63,565 bases of DNA, filler included, from Intoshia linei (GCA_001642005.1; 6 parts of 6 records of this genome joined end to end with filler, not necessarily neighbours in it), one strand, 5' to 3'; positions 26,901 through 37,980 are shown, numbered from the whole stretch's first letter. Numbers and translations: made by a program. Notes: generated by a model from the letters alone, not told the origin.

Positions 26901-29220
26901 AATTAATCTAAAGTTTTAATAATTCCGTGAAATTTCCCAGACACCACCAAAACATCGTTGGTTCACTAAATTTACGATATCTCACTAAAAATATGGAGAG
27001 GCACCATTAGTGGGTCTACCCCACTGTTAGGAATCCTTATCTAGGCCATGCCACTGGCATGGTAAACGGAAATAGTTTATAAAATAACATTTAATGCAGC
27101 GTGAGCTTCCATTTGTTGATACAAAACACATCGACGCCTTTTTTCTCTTTCAATTCGTTCATTTTCCAAAATCAATTTTTTTGATTTGATGGACATGAAA
27201 TATTTATCATTAAATCTAAATATTTTTTAAATTTTTCAAAAATGGATAAATCTTACGACACACTTTCAATTTTTTTTTTTTTATGTTGATCAGTATGTAA
27301 ATTAATTGAAAATGGTGCTATTTTTCTAATTGGTCTAGAAATAATCTCTTCCCTTCTAAATACAAAATATATTATTTTAAAATAAGGTTAAATGAATCAT
27401 AAATAGCCAATGTAAAAATTAAAAAAATCAGAACAAAACTGAATCGATAAAAATATAAAAACTAGCGACCCATTATCACAATTTAGGGATTGAAATTTGA
27501 TTCTAACAGGAAAGGGTAAGCCGGAATTTCGTTTTAAAAATTGAATTATATTAATGTATGATTTATTATCCATTTACGACTTTTTCATTTTCAAAGATCT
27601 TATTTTTGCGATGAACTATTCTAAAATTACCGATACCATTAAAGTGTAGGATGCACGACATACATTGTACGTGTAATGGATAATAAATAAATAAAATTTA
27701 AATTATTACAGACTAATCATGATTTACGCATCGTCAACATATAAAAAAACTCACTGGTGAATCACCAGTGGTGATACTGCTACATTCCGGAAAATTTTGA
27801 CCGATTTTACCCTTTAATTAGGGTAAAAATTGATTAAAACTCGTGAAAACACTTGGAAAGAAATGTATTAATACATAATATGTAGTAGTGGTTTCCAAAC
27901 CTTGAAACAAATTGACCCCCCCCCCCCTTTCCCAGAAAAAGATTTTGGCCGACCCTTTCCAAAATTGTAATGTAAAACATGTAATGTATAATGTAAAGTA
28001 TCGGTTAATATAAAGTAAAAGGATGGTCAAACTATCGCATACCAAGAATCAGGAATCTATTGTCAATTGAAGAATCGCACCATTTTTTCCCAAAATTTTA
28101 TAAAGAAAGTGTGTTTTTTGATATAATTTTTATGAAAATATAATTATCTCTGAAAATGTACATTTGAATCTAAAAAATCATGAAAAATAACATTATTTTT
28201 TTCTCTAATTTTCGTCGCCCATTTGCGAAAAATAATAAGTCTATAATCTAGGGAGCATTGAGGAAATGTTCCTAAAATTATTCAACTTAAAAATTTCTTA
28301 TTGATATCATTTGATTAAAAAAATGAATCAAATGTTGGATTCCAAATTTTTTTCCATTGCCTAAGTCTGTTGAACCTTGACACGATAATGTATGTCAAAT
28401 AATAAATAATGAAATGAAAAATTACAAAACATGTTCAATATGATTCAATCGTTTATTTTCATTTTCATTCACGTTTTCTTGTATATGAACCTTTTTCTTT
28501 TTAATGCGTTTTTCCATTTCAAATGCCTTTTCAATTTGCATTTTGAATTGTCTATTTGTTTTGTTTTCTCTATTTTTAAACATTTCCTTAACTGCCTTAA
28601 TGTTCACATTAGTTTGTCTTTCTACAGTTTTGTACAATCTCTATTAAATGAATTATATAGATACAGATAGTATTATAAATGAATAAATATATTTACATTT
28701 CTGAAAATTCTACTATTATGCTTGGCCAAATGTAGCTTTGCTCTAGGTATAATGCTTTCCATGTTCATATTTGTTAGTTTAGCTTTTTCCTTATTTGTTA
28801 AAGCAATATATAATTGGTATAAAATTGACGCAATTGTTGGTTTATAACTTTCCATAATCTGCTTTGCAGTGTTTGCATTAAATTCTATTTGTAGTAATGT
28901 CATTACTGGTTCCAAACGAATAAAATTATTCAATTTTGCATTATTTGTACTAAATTTTAAGAAATTAACATTAAATTTACTATACCTATTTACAAATACA
29001 TGTACTAATAATAATTTACCATTTATCTACAAATAAACCAAAATCATCCTGCAAATCATGTTTGTTTAATATTTGACCAAATAAATATCCATTATTAAAT
29101 AAATTTCCCAAATTTTTATCGTCTAAGAATTTATTAGTTTATTCTTAAATTTATTTACTTACTTAATGTCTCCTTTATTTCAATTACATCGTCAATCCAG
29201 TTACACAAAATTGTCGTCAT
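2922..29220 (-). CDS. SPEF2: Sperm flagellar protein 2 (SPEF2/KPL2); many exons, with CH domain, adenylate-kinase-like region and C-terminal EF-hand-like region
   Basis: N-terminus MTTILCNWI...GYLFGQILNKHDLQDDF...AKLNNFIRLEP...ILYQLYIAL. P-loop GKPFCGKS at ~25080 and WIVDGYP at ~20280. C-terminal exons INWRTFFISLINPFPYP (6410-6590), VELWF...LYYTDM (4345-4528), LLYFASSPNTQQGFLRALAV (3781-3868) and the final exon DLNQYLQTDSPSTRPD*. Some internal exon boundaries are approximate. Confidence 0.9.
5343..5462. mobile_element. 120-bp hAT-type MITE
   Basis: Ends CAGGGGTT...AACCCCTG with 8-bp flanks GTATAGAT/GTATACAT. A second CAGTAGTTCTCAAC end abuts it at 5471. Confidence 0.75.
5799..6300 (+). mobile_element. 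Non-autonomous Helitron-like repeat copy (5' part)
   Basis: Starts A|TCCTTACTTATATAATA, then a GT-rich microsatellite, then a body highly similar to 62785-63565 (e.g. TTTATTTCAATAACTACCAGTCTTA...AAAGTTCACATTT). Confidence 0.65.
7443..7990 (-). pseudogene. Frameshifted coiled-coil ORF remnant nested in a SPEF2 intron
   Basis: Two overlapping stop-free frames read IKTENEKEKEIDKLKTKIYEKSNDMKEISDKLL... and ...ISKLEENLKKCQFQSLECGNDQLKVKLNVLEKSY...YDYGTFDCV*. Neither fits the flanking SPEF2 exons. Confidence 0.45.
9374..9835. mobile_element. hAT-type MITE (family shared with 14229-14789 and 58261-58520)
   Basis: TIR CAGTGGTTC...GAACCACTG with 8-bp flanks CTATACAT/CTATATAT. Confidence 0.8.
11295..11912 (-). 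mobile_element. hAT (Tip100/ZMYM1-type) deletion derivative retaining the transposase C-terminal dimerisation segment
   Basis: TIR CAGAGCCGTCTTAAG/CTTAAAACGGCTCTG with flanks AATGCAAT/AATTCAAT. The minus strand at ~11730-11575 reads TFSKLKIIKNELRNCLTQPCLNALSLMSIENDISFDNIISDFSQKKVRK. Confidence 0.8.
12808..13214. mobile_element. pogo/Tc1-mariner-type MITE
   Basis: Perfect 23-bp TIR CAGTCAAAATCTCATTTAACGAA, TA on both sides, and internal repeats of TTCGTTAAA. Confidence 0.85.
14229..14789. mobile_element. hAT-type MITE, reverse-orientation relative of 9374-9835
   Basis: Left end CAGCGGTTCCC, right end GTCACCGCT, flanks CTATAGAG/CTAAAGAA. The internal sequence resembles the reverse complement of the 9374 element. 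Confidence 0.65.
14884..15251. mobile_element. hAT-type MITE with perfect TSD
   Basis: TIR CAGTGATTCTTAACC/GGTTAAGAAACACTG with identical 8-bp TSD GTCTAATG on both sides. Confidence 0.88.
15599..16500 (-). mobile_element. Helitron-like repeat copy with 3' CTAG end and an internal ~220-bp tandem duplication
   Basis: The minus-strand end reads ...GGCAGAGCTAGG...GAACCTAGT. The block GACCGTGAAGTCGTCACTTATTCGGATTGAAAATTTCTGTGTGTGTTAACAGGATACAACTGTAC occurs at ~16029 and ~16251. Confidence 0.6.
21283..22032. mobile_element. hAT-type MITE containing nested repeat fragments
   Basis: Ends CAAAGTGGTTCCCAAAG...TTTGGGAACCACTG. The TSD is degraded. Confidence 0.6.
23340..23975 (-). mobile_element. Helitron-like repeat copy
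   Basis: Reverse complement of the 62785-63565 body. An older copy lies at ~24280-24770. Confidence 0.65.
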
Positions 29221-29686
29221 TTTTGAAAAATTAGTGTTTATTGTAGCTTGGAAATTATGTTGATATTTTTAATACACCGTTTCTAAATACCTAAATACCT
29301 GTTTGTTCATAGACTATAATAAATAGTGTAATATTTTCAATTTTAACGTTGATACAAATAAAAAGCTAACATATATGTATTACTTACTATGCAATGACCA
29401 CTACGAAATGACTTTCAAAAAATAGGCGTTTTGTTTATAGATTTTATAGTCAAAGTTAGGGTTGGTGATTTATCTTACAATTTCAGTTAATTACAATTAG
29501 AATTTTAACTGTAAAATTTCATTTATTTTTTGGGTAAAATTAAAAAAGTTTGCGCTCTGCAGAGCTAGCTATTATTTGTACAAAGTACATAACAATGAAG
29601 CTAGTAAATATAAATGTAAATATAAAATCAGGAAATGTACAAAAACTGTCATTTTAATTTTTTAAATATTGGCTTTTATTATACAA

Positions 29687-29950
29687 TCCTTACTTATATA
29701 TAAAATACTGTATTTTAGTTTAGTTAAAAATGTATATCTGTCTATTTATTTATTTGTCTGTTTGTTCCAGTTTATTTCAGAAAATAAGAGGAATCTAGTT
29801 TTAAAATCCCTTATTTCTTCTACAGTTTTTCGAGAATAATGTTTTATTGGAAATTTTATTTTCAGAAGATGAGTCTTTTAAGGTCAAAAAACGCAATTAT
29901 CTTTTTTTAAAAATTCAAACAATTCTTATAATTATAAAACACACACAATC
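29687..29950 (+). mobile_element. Helitron-like repeat, 5' part
   Basis: A|TCCTTACTTATATA start with a TGTC/TGTT microsatellite. A separate 3'-end module GCAGAGCTAGCT...GAAGCTAGT lies at ~29550-29604. Confidence 0.5.
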
Positions 29951-30220
29951 TTATAAAAATTTTAAAATTATCAACATTATGACAAATTTCAATATCAAAA
30001 TCTTATATCTTCACAGTCAAATTACCATTTTTTGTAAAAATAAAAAAAGTCCTACTGTCTTTTCTCGATTACAAAAAGTCTTCGTATATTCGAGAGTAGA
30101 AGGAAAAATGCTTATAATCAAAAACAAGCAGAATTTTAAACAGACCTGGAAAAATATAAAAAATATACTAAAAGTTTTTTTCTAATTAGTATAAACTTAT
30201 AAATTAGACATTCTATTGTA

Positions 30221-30320
30221 NNNNNNNNNNNNNNNNNNNNNNNNNNNNNNNNNNNNNNNNNNNNTTAATTAATTAANNNNNNNNNNNNNNNNNNNNNNNN
30301 NNNNNNNNNNNNNNNNNNNN
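30221..30320. other. Artificial contig linker (N44-TTAATTAATTAA-N44)
   Basis: Exactly 100 bp with a six-frame-stop spacer, identical at five sites. Confidence 0.97.
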
Positions 30321-30688
30321 TAGATGGCATACCTTTCTATTTAATAATAACGCTTGATATGGGTATATTTAAGGATAAAGCTTTGCTTATAAAAACATTC
30401 AACATATTTTCGATAACTAATAATGTAAATAATTGTTACATATTAATCCTGTACTGGGGTATTTAGCACTTTTAATTCTTTTCGATGAATCGGAAGCGTC
30501 ACAGTTATTAATTTGTGCTCCATTACTATTATAATGTTTAAATACAGCATTAGTATACATTACCTTAAAATAGAATAAATATATGATCTAGCTATGCCAA
30601 ATTCATTGGCCACTTCTGAAACTTTACTATTTTTACATTTTTCGATTATCGCTTTTTTTATGATTATGTCAATTGATTTTCTTTTCAT
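30321..30688 (-). pseudogene. pogo/Tigger (CENP-B-like HTH) transposase-derived gene, 5' part; intron-containing, with an in-frame TAG, truncated by the gap
   Basis: Spliced product MKRKSIDIIIKKAIIEKCKNSKVSEVANEFGIARSYIYSIL|SNGAQINNCDASDSSKRIKSAKYP|IIENMLNVFISKALSLNIPISSVIIK*K matches the HTH_psq plus CENP-B HTH pattern. It has 38-nt introns at 30526-30563 and 30417-30454. Confidence 0.75.
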
Positions 30689-31574
30689 TATTTATATTTA
30701 AAATTTATAACAAATTGTGCAAATTTATAACAAAAAAACTGTATTCATAACCATAGTTTATACAGTGTAAAAAGGTTTAAATTTAAATGTACATTGTAAC
30801 AAGTCCGATTACAATGACTACAATTTGTCTACAATGCATAAGAAACAAAATTAGCTTAGCAAATTGATTAAATTAATCATAAATACAGTTACATTATAAA
30901 AAATTACTAAGTCAAAAATGACATGTAGTTCGATATAAATTTACATCCTTAGTAAAGAATCGTTACTTATTTTAATATTAATAAAAAAATAAAGTTATTT
31001 ATATAAAGTAATAATTTATTTGTTGGTAATTCATGAATTATGAATCATAATGTTAGTATACATAATTATGTCGTACTTTTGTATATAAGATACTTTTAAC
31101 ATAATTAAGAAACTTTTCAACAGTGTCTATTATTTATGCGTACCTACCGTGACTCCGCGTTGGCGGTCTCTACGAAATTTTTGTAAAATGGGTGCCTCAT
31201 TTTTTCAAATAGAGAGTTTAAAATTATTAAATATATGTGCTTGAATATCAACTATTTTTTCTGTTAAAATTAAAATGTCAAGTCAAAAGCCTATAATAGG
31301 TTTATATGGATATATGCTTTACAGAAGGACTCCTACTCATCATTTCAATTTTTTTACGGCCTAATTTTCATTTTCGGGTGCTTCGAGCATGGTAGGTTCG
31401 GATCAATTATGTTTACGATAACCTTTTCCATAACCCTAAGCATAAGTGACCATAGTAAAAATACTGTGTTATATTTCAACTTAATATTTAAATGTAATTC
31501 AAGTAATATAGGTATATTGATAATAAAGTTATCATGAGAAGCAATCCAACATTTCTTAAATTTATTTATCAAAT

Positions 31575-32403
31575 ATGAACGACATTATTCATATAACGAA
31601 TGACATTGCAACAGAAGCCAAATATTCTACAGTAGAGATGGGATATTTTGACGATCCTTTCATAAAACATTTCATAAATAAAAAAATTTCTGAACGAAAG
31701 TCTCCTGAAATGAATCGTGGATACTATGTTAGACTCAAAGTTATCACGAATATGTGTTGTCAATTTGTAAAAGTAATATTTTTAGCAAGGATGAGAAACC
31801 TGTGGTCTAATTCTTTCAAAATTTTGCACGAACCACCTAATACACTACAAATTAATCTAAAAAACGGTTTAAATTTTCGTTAAACACTAAAAAATTGAGA
31901 TTTTATAATTCAATTTCAGACGATCATTATTATAAATGGGAATCTGAATCCACTTGTTTAATTTTATTTATGTAACTATTGCGGTGGACCTATATATTTA
32001 AAGGCACATTTGATCGCCTGTAGAAAATGGTTGTCCACCGTTATAAAGTTGGATGTATCAAAAACTTTTTATTTTAATTATATTAATTTCAGACACACGG
32101 ACACGAATCTCAAATTATAAATTTAGGATGTGGTTATGATACTTTGTATTGGCGATTAAACCAAGTTTTTCAAATAAGGTATAAAATGCATGTCGATTTG
32201 GACCTTCCTGAAGTTATTTATTCTAAAACCCGAAAAATACAAAATAATATACATTTAAGTCAAGTGTTAGGTTATTTTTCAACAAATATTGTATATTTTT
32301 TATTTTAGGTTCTATAAAGAAATTAAAAAATGGAATTGTGGGAGAAAAATATGTAGCGATATCCTGTAACGTGAAGAATATAGAACAATTTGATAATGCT
32401 ATG
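31575..32403 (+). CDS. LCMT1: Leucine carboxyl methyltransferase (PP2A methyltransferase family), 5' part, truncated by the gap
   Basis: Motifs ATEAKYSTVEMGYFDDPFI, SPEMNRGYYVR and QIINLGCGYDTLYWRL. Exons are 31575-31772, 32093-32270 and 32309-32403. Confidence 0.88.
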
Positions 32404-32503
32404 NNNNNNNNNNNNNNNNNNNNNNNNNNNNNNNNNNNNNNNNNNNNTTAATTAATTAANNNNNNNNNNNNNNNNNNNNNNNNNNNNNNNNNNNNNNNNN
32501 NNN
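32404..32503. other. Artificial contig linker
   Basis: N44-TTAATTAATTAA-N44. Confidence 0.97.
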
Positions 32504-32904
32504 AGTCACCGAATTACAAAAAAAATAAATATTTTGGCTAGATCTTGAGTGTATTACTAAGCTTTATATGATTTGCCTAAAAATTTGACACAGTGTGTAG
32601 ATTATAACGGAAGAAAAACATGGTGAATTAACTTTGTTTCAACAACAATTAAAAGAAAAAAATGATAAAATATTTCAAATCAATTTAAAAAATAAAAGGT
32701 TTTATATTATTCACATTATATATGGACCCTACCAAAACCAAACTCGATATACCCTGATAGATCATTATGCTTTATTTTCATGATGAAAATTATTATCGTT
32801 GATGTTGGGATTCATAACTTGAGAATTACGTCCCTACTGATTAATATAATTTTTCCAGGTTTAATATACATCTTGTTCTAATATTTTTTGATGTGTATTT
32901 ATAG

Positions 32905-33877
32905 ATTAGAAAATGAAATAAAAATAATGAAAGATTACGATTCTCATAAAACACAAAAAAGTGATATAAAGGTGAATAAAAAATATAATGCAATGCAAAA
33001 ATTTTAAACTATATGTGTGGTTCTCTAATGTAATATTAAATGATTTATTAGTGTTCATCACTAATAGTTTTTGAGTAGTTTCGAATTGTTATAGACAATA
33101 ACAAAAATTATAGTCCCTAAAATGTTTCTTAATAAACGATGTACATTATACAATTGTATAATGCCATATATCCCTTTAGCCGTGTATCCATTATTTTTAT
33201 AGTGTAGTTTTGACACAAATAAGTTATGAATTTTAAAAATATAATCATTTTAAGTATAAATTTGGCAAATAAGTCGTTTTACGAAAATATATTCGAGGTT
33301 CGAAGATTTTATATGCATGGTAGATTTGGCTTTGGAATTGGAAAATCCACAATTATGTCTTTATCATAATTTGTTAAAAAATTACAAAACTTTGAAAAAT
33401 AAGGAAATATCGATAAATCAGTTTTATTATTTTCAATGATTTGGCATGCTATTTAGAATTGAAAAAATCACCAGTCATTGAGAATCACATTAGCTAATTA
33501 TAATTTAATATATTTAATTATTCAAAATATAAAATTTAGGAAATGAACAGGATAAACAAGTAGTCTTTTAAATATTATTACTATATTGTATTAAGAAATG
33601 AACGAAAAATTTCACTTGCAAAAGAAAATTATAAAAAACAAATTGAATTAAAGGTGATCAAAATATAATAATAAAGAATATATAAAAATAATTTATACAA
33701 TTAGAACATTATTGATAATATTGATCACGAAACAAGCAAAATTGTGGATTATATATCATTAATATGTCTAGAGAATCCAGCCGTAATTATTTTATTACCA
33801 ATTTATTCATTAAAAACTAGTTACTTCTCAATAATGATATATTTGAAAAAAATATCAAAGCTGAAGATAGAATCAGG
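32905..33877 (+). CDS. Internal exons of an unidentified coiled-coil protein
   Basis: Short exons bounded by AG/GT, several separated by ~36-50 nt introns: LENEIKIMKDYDSHKTQKSDIK, EMNRINK, NERKISLAKENYKKQIELK, NIIDNIDHETSKIVDYISLICLENPA and LLLNNDIFEKNIKAEDRIR. Confidence 0.45.
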
Positions 33878-34766
33878 GTATATTAAAATATTACAAGTAT
33901 TTTCATCTATACCATTTCAATATCAATATGATAATAATTACAACCGATGTGATAATAACTAAATTCAATGTGATAACATTTGGAAGACAATAAAATAACC
34001 ACAAGCAACGTGATAATAGTTAGTACGACCAGAAGTACGACTTTTGGCACTGTTCCAAAGTCGTACTTTCGACGTACTTTTCAAAACTAAATAAACTTAT
34101 AAATTGAAATTTAACTTAAATGTTCATTTTTCTAATGAAAAATTAATCAAAAACATATTTTGTTTCTAAACAATAAAAGTACTACTTTTAGTACGACAAA
34201 AATATGGTCAGCCTATAATAGTAATTATCAATGTGATTATTGCTATATTCAAAGTGATAATCAAATTATTAAGGGTTTCTGGTATATTTTGACTAAAAAT
34301 TAAATTGTAATTAACGGGAAACGTAATATGGTTGTATCGCACTACCTATAATATACTTTTTTTACGTTTAAGGTGTATATAAAAATAATCGAATTTTCTG
34401 AGTTTAAATTGTTAAAAATATCAGTATGTTATTAGCAGGTTCATTTAACCATAATATAGTTTCGAAATAAAAATATAAATTCATTTTGAAAATTATCATA
34501 TTTACATTCAAAGTAAGAATAGTCACAGGTAATGTAAAAAAAAGCTATTATAAATGTAAGAATAAATATACATATATAAATATACATACAAAAAGTAAGG
34601 AAAAATTTCAACTAAATTCAAAGTAAAAATTTATTATTATATTATTATTAATGTTTTTTTATAATTAAGTGCATATACATGTATAATATACATAAATATT
34701 CACAAATACTTTTAATTTCGAATATAAAATAGAAAAATAACATTATTAATACTAATCATAATAATA

Positions 34767-34954
34767 CAGTGTTGTACATGTATATAAATATTAGTGTGCA
34801 TTCATATACGTACTATTGTGCACTCATATACGGACCATTTTAACTTTTAATTGATTAACTTTCATTTTAATCAAAAATTATAATGGTCCGTATATGAATG
34901 CACAATAGTATTTATATCAGTGCACAATAGTTCGTATATCAGTGCAATACACCG
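34767..34954. mobile_element. Foldback-like MITE with tandem ~23-bp subrepeats in both arms
   Basis: TACTATTGTGCACTCATATACGGACCATT pairs with AATGGTCCGTATATGAATGCACAATAGTA. The element has TA flanks. Confidence 0.65.
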
Positions 34955-35529
34955 TATAAATGTCACAATTTAAGTTAAATGTTAACTCAATAATTTTAAA
35001 TTTAATCATAAAAACATTTATATTTTGAAGAATTTAACTTAAATTTAAAGTTTTATACAAATACTTTTTATTTATTTTGTCATTTTAAAACTTTATCACT
35101 CTAAATTTTTAGTACAGTCCGACCCCGCTTTGGTCCAAACCTCGGCGTGGGCATACTCGGTTTTTGGGGCACTTTTTCAGAATTATGTTAATTTTATAGT
35201 ATTTATATCGATGGCATAGCAATATATGTGAAATTAACCCCGCTGTTGAAGCAAAAATGTTGTAAATATAAAATATATAAGTATAATTATGATAGTAATG
35301 ACATTAAATTAAAATTATACATTATTTATTTATAACGTAATTATTTACATGTTTATTAAATATTTTACATACATTTTCATATGTATTTATAATAATTCAT
35401 TAATTTTTTATTCATGCCTATATTTTAATATCTCATGTCATCAAACCATTGAACAAGGCAAAAAATAAAAACAAACAAGTTTACAAAATAATTTATTTAT
35501 TGACTTGACTTGACAATATAAATAAAATA

Positions 35530-37077
35530 TTAACATTTATATGTAATTTTCTTCGCATAAGGATTCAATTGAGATTTGAGTTGGCCTAATTTTCGATTAT
35601 TGTAAGCTGTAACGACAATAAATTTGGCTTCGTCAAACTTTTCTCTTTTTATACATTTGATTTGACTTGTCATCAAATTGTGTATAAAAACTTCAACCAT
35701 TGGAACGTACTGTCGCAGACTCGTTAGTTTAACCTTGTTAATAAATTAAAATGGTTTAAAAAAATATAAATAATAATGAAAATATATCAAACCAGCTGTT
35801 TATCACTGTCGTTTCGTGCATTTGACACTTTTAATCGGTTAAATCTAATACTTTTACTCCATTGCTTTCCTAATTGTGGAGAATCTGGATGTTTGTACGA
35901 AAGACTTTCTAAATTAATCCGTTATTAAAAAAATTTAATTTAAATTTTATATATTACGTTCTATCGATTCAGCAGATTCCAATATTTCACACCATTTTTT
36001 TTTATCGAATTTGAATTTCGACTCTTTAATTCTAAAAATATATTGAAATGCATTATATTGAAGTATAATTATAATTATTTTAATACCTCACAAAACACAG
36101 TGCAAATGTATAATATACGTCCGGATTTAAATTTGTAACGCAAAGTGAAAATCTTGAAAAGATACTTCGTCCTTTCCTCGTGACAATCATTTCATTGGTT
36201 GCTTTATTAAATGCGGACCAAATATCGAGATCTAATAACTGCAAAACTGGCAGTTTTATGTATTGTTGAGACGGATAAACAGTAGATTGATTGGATAGTA
36301 ATTGTTNCTTCGTCCTTTCCTTGTGACAATCATTTCATTGGTTGCTTTATTGAATGCGGACCAAATATCGAGATCTAATAACTGCAAAACTGGCAGTTTT
36401 ATGTATTGTTGAGACGAATCAGCAGTAGATTGGTTGGATAGTAATTGTTTACAATTATTGAAATAACTCGGCACATTCTTTGGAGTTTCATTTAATTTAC
36501 AACTTATCATGGGAATGTTTTTCCTTGAATTTTTTTGATATGTTCTACGGTTGTTTAAAATGTCAAGTCTCGGTGTAAAAATACTTAAATCACTACTAGA
36601 AGTGGAAATCATTCTCGGCCATATATTTTCATATTTTCCATATCTAAGTTTTTTGTTCTCTCTTTGTATAACATCCATTTGACAAGTTCTTTTAGGTGGA
36701 TTTGTTCCTTCGTTCAGCATTTTCATTGGTATTCTCCTTTTACCGATATTATTTACTTCCTCCAGTTGAGAATCACAATTGCGATCGCAATCATTTGGAT
36801 TATGCGCCAATTCAGGAGTTTCATGCATTAGTATGTTTCTTTGGTTGAAATTGAGATTACTTTTATTATTAAGATAATTTTTTTGATTTTCAAAGTACAT
36901 GTCATTTATACCAATTGACGAATTTTCAGTTGAGTAGAAATTTGATGTCGATGGACGAGTAACGTTCCACGATTGTTGGTTTTCGTTATCATTATCAGTT
37001 TGCCTTTTATTATACAAGGGATACACATTTTGATAATTTGGTTTATTATAGATCCAACGAGATTCAAGATTATTCAA
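35530..37077 (-). CDS. Highly divergent T-box transcription factor with the T-box at the extreme C-terminus; start codon uncertain
   Basis: Spliced product IWSAFNKATNEMIVTRKGRSIF...YKHPDSPQLGKQW...RFNRLKVSN...LTSLRQYVP...FDEAKFIVVTAYNNRKLGQLKSQLNPYAKKI matches the order of T-box motifs. Three GT-AG introns. A 142-bp overlap duplication surrounds the N at 36307. Confidence 0.85.
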
Positions 37078-37980
37078 TGTTCAGATTCATATTTCTTTCA
37101 CAATTCTTTTCTATTATTTCATTGTTAGTTCTTCTTAAGTCATTACTACTGGTTAATTCATGGTATAAATATTTTTTTTGATTATTATTTAAATATATCG
37201 TCTTATTTAAAGTTTTTAATGTGTTTAAAATGTGAAATTTTATTGATGCAACTTTTATAAAATTTTTACAATAATGAATTCAATGAATACTGTGTTTGGA
37301 ATATGTTTATTTGTGTATGATTATTTATTTGTTAATGCATGTTTGAATTTCATCCAATAATACAAAGTTAAATATGTAATATAGAAAACTGATTGATTAG
37401 CTGACGTGAAATCTGTCAAATACACTATATAATTTATATTAATGTCCAATCAATGTAATTGCATAGTTGTATTTGACATTGTTATTCAATGATTAATATA
37501 TTGAGGTATATATATATTCAACTATAATGTGGTCAATCAAGTACTAAAACTAATTGAAATGTGGACTTTATAAAGTTACATTGTATAAGACTGGTAGTTA
37601 TTAAAATAAACGGTATCACGCACACAAATAAATATTGCATAACATATTACTTAAGTCAGGAAAAGATAAATTGTGAGATAGTTTTTAAAATCATAAACAA
37701 TATCATCAATCGCAAATCCAAAAAATTCCATTTTCTCGATCAAAACCCCAAAATACTCTTTTTTTAAAAAATAAAAATACTTGTTTGGTTGTATTGGTTA
37801 TTTTTTTAAAAAAAATTTTAACTAATGTATTTTGAATACTACAAAACTAATGAATCGAATATCACATCAATATATATAATTCTTATTAATTCCAATAAGT
37901 GATAGATACATTTATGTTACCAAATTTTACTGATTAACATTTATTAAATATATTAAGTACATATTGTCTTGTATAACTAC

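Noticed and set aside
34790-34950. ~23-bp repeats as a CRISPR-like array
   Set aside because: The repeats are tandem without unique spacers and are mirrored as inverted arms in a eukaryotic context. This is a foldback MITE.
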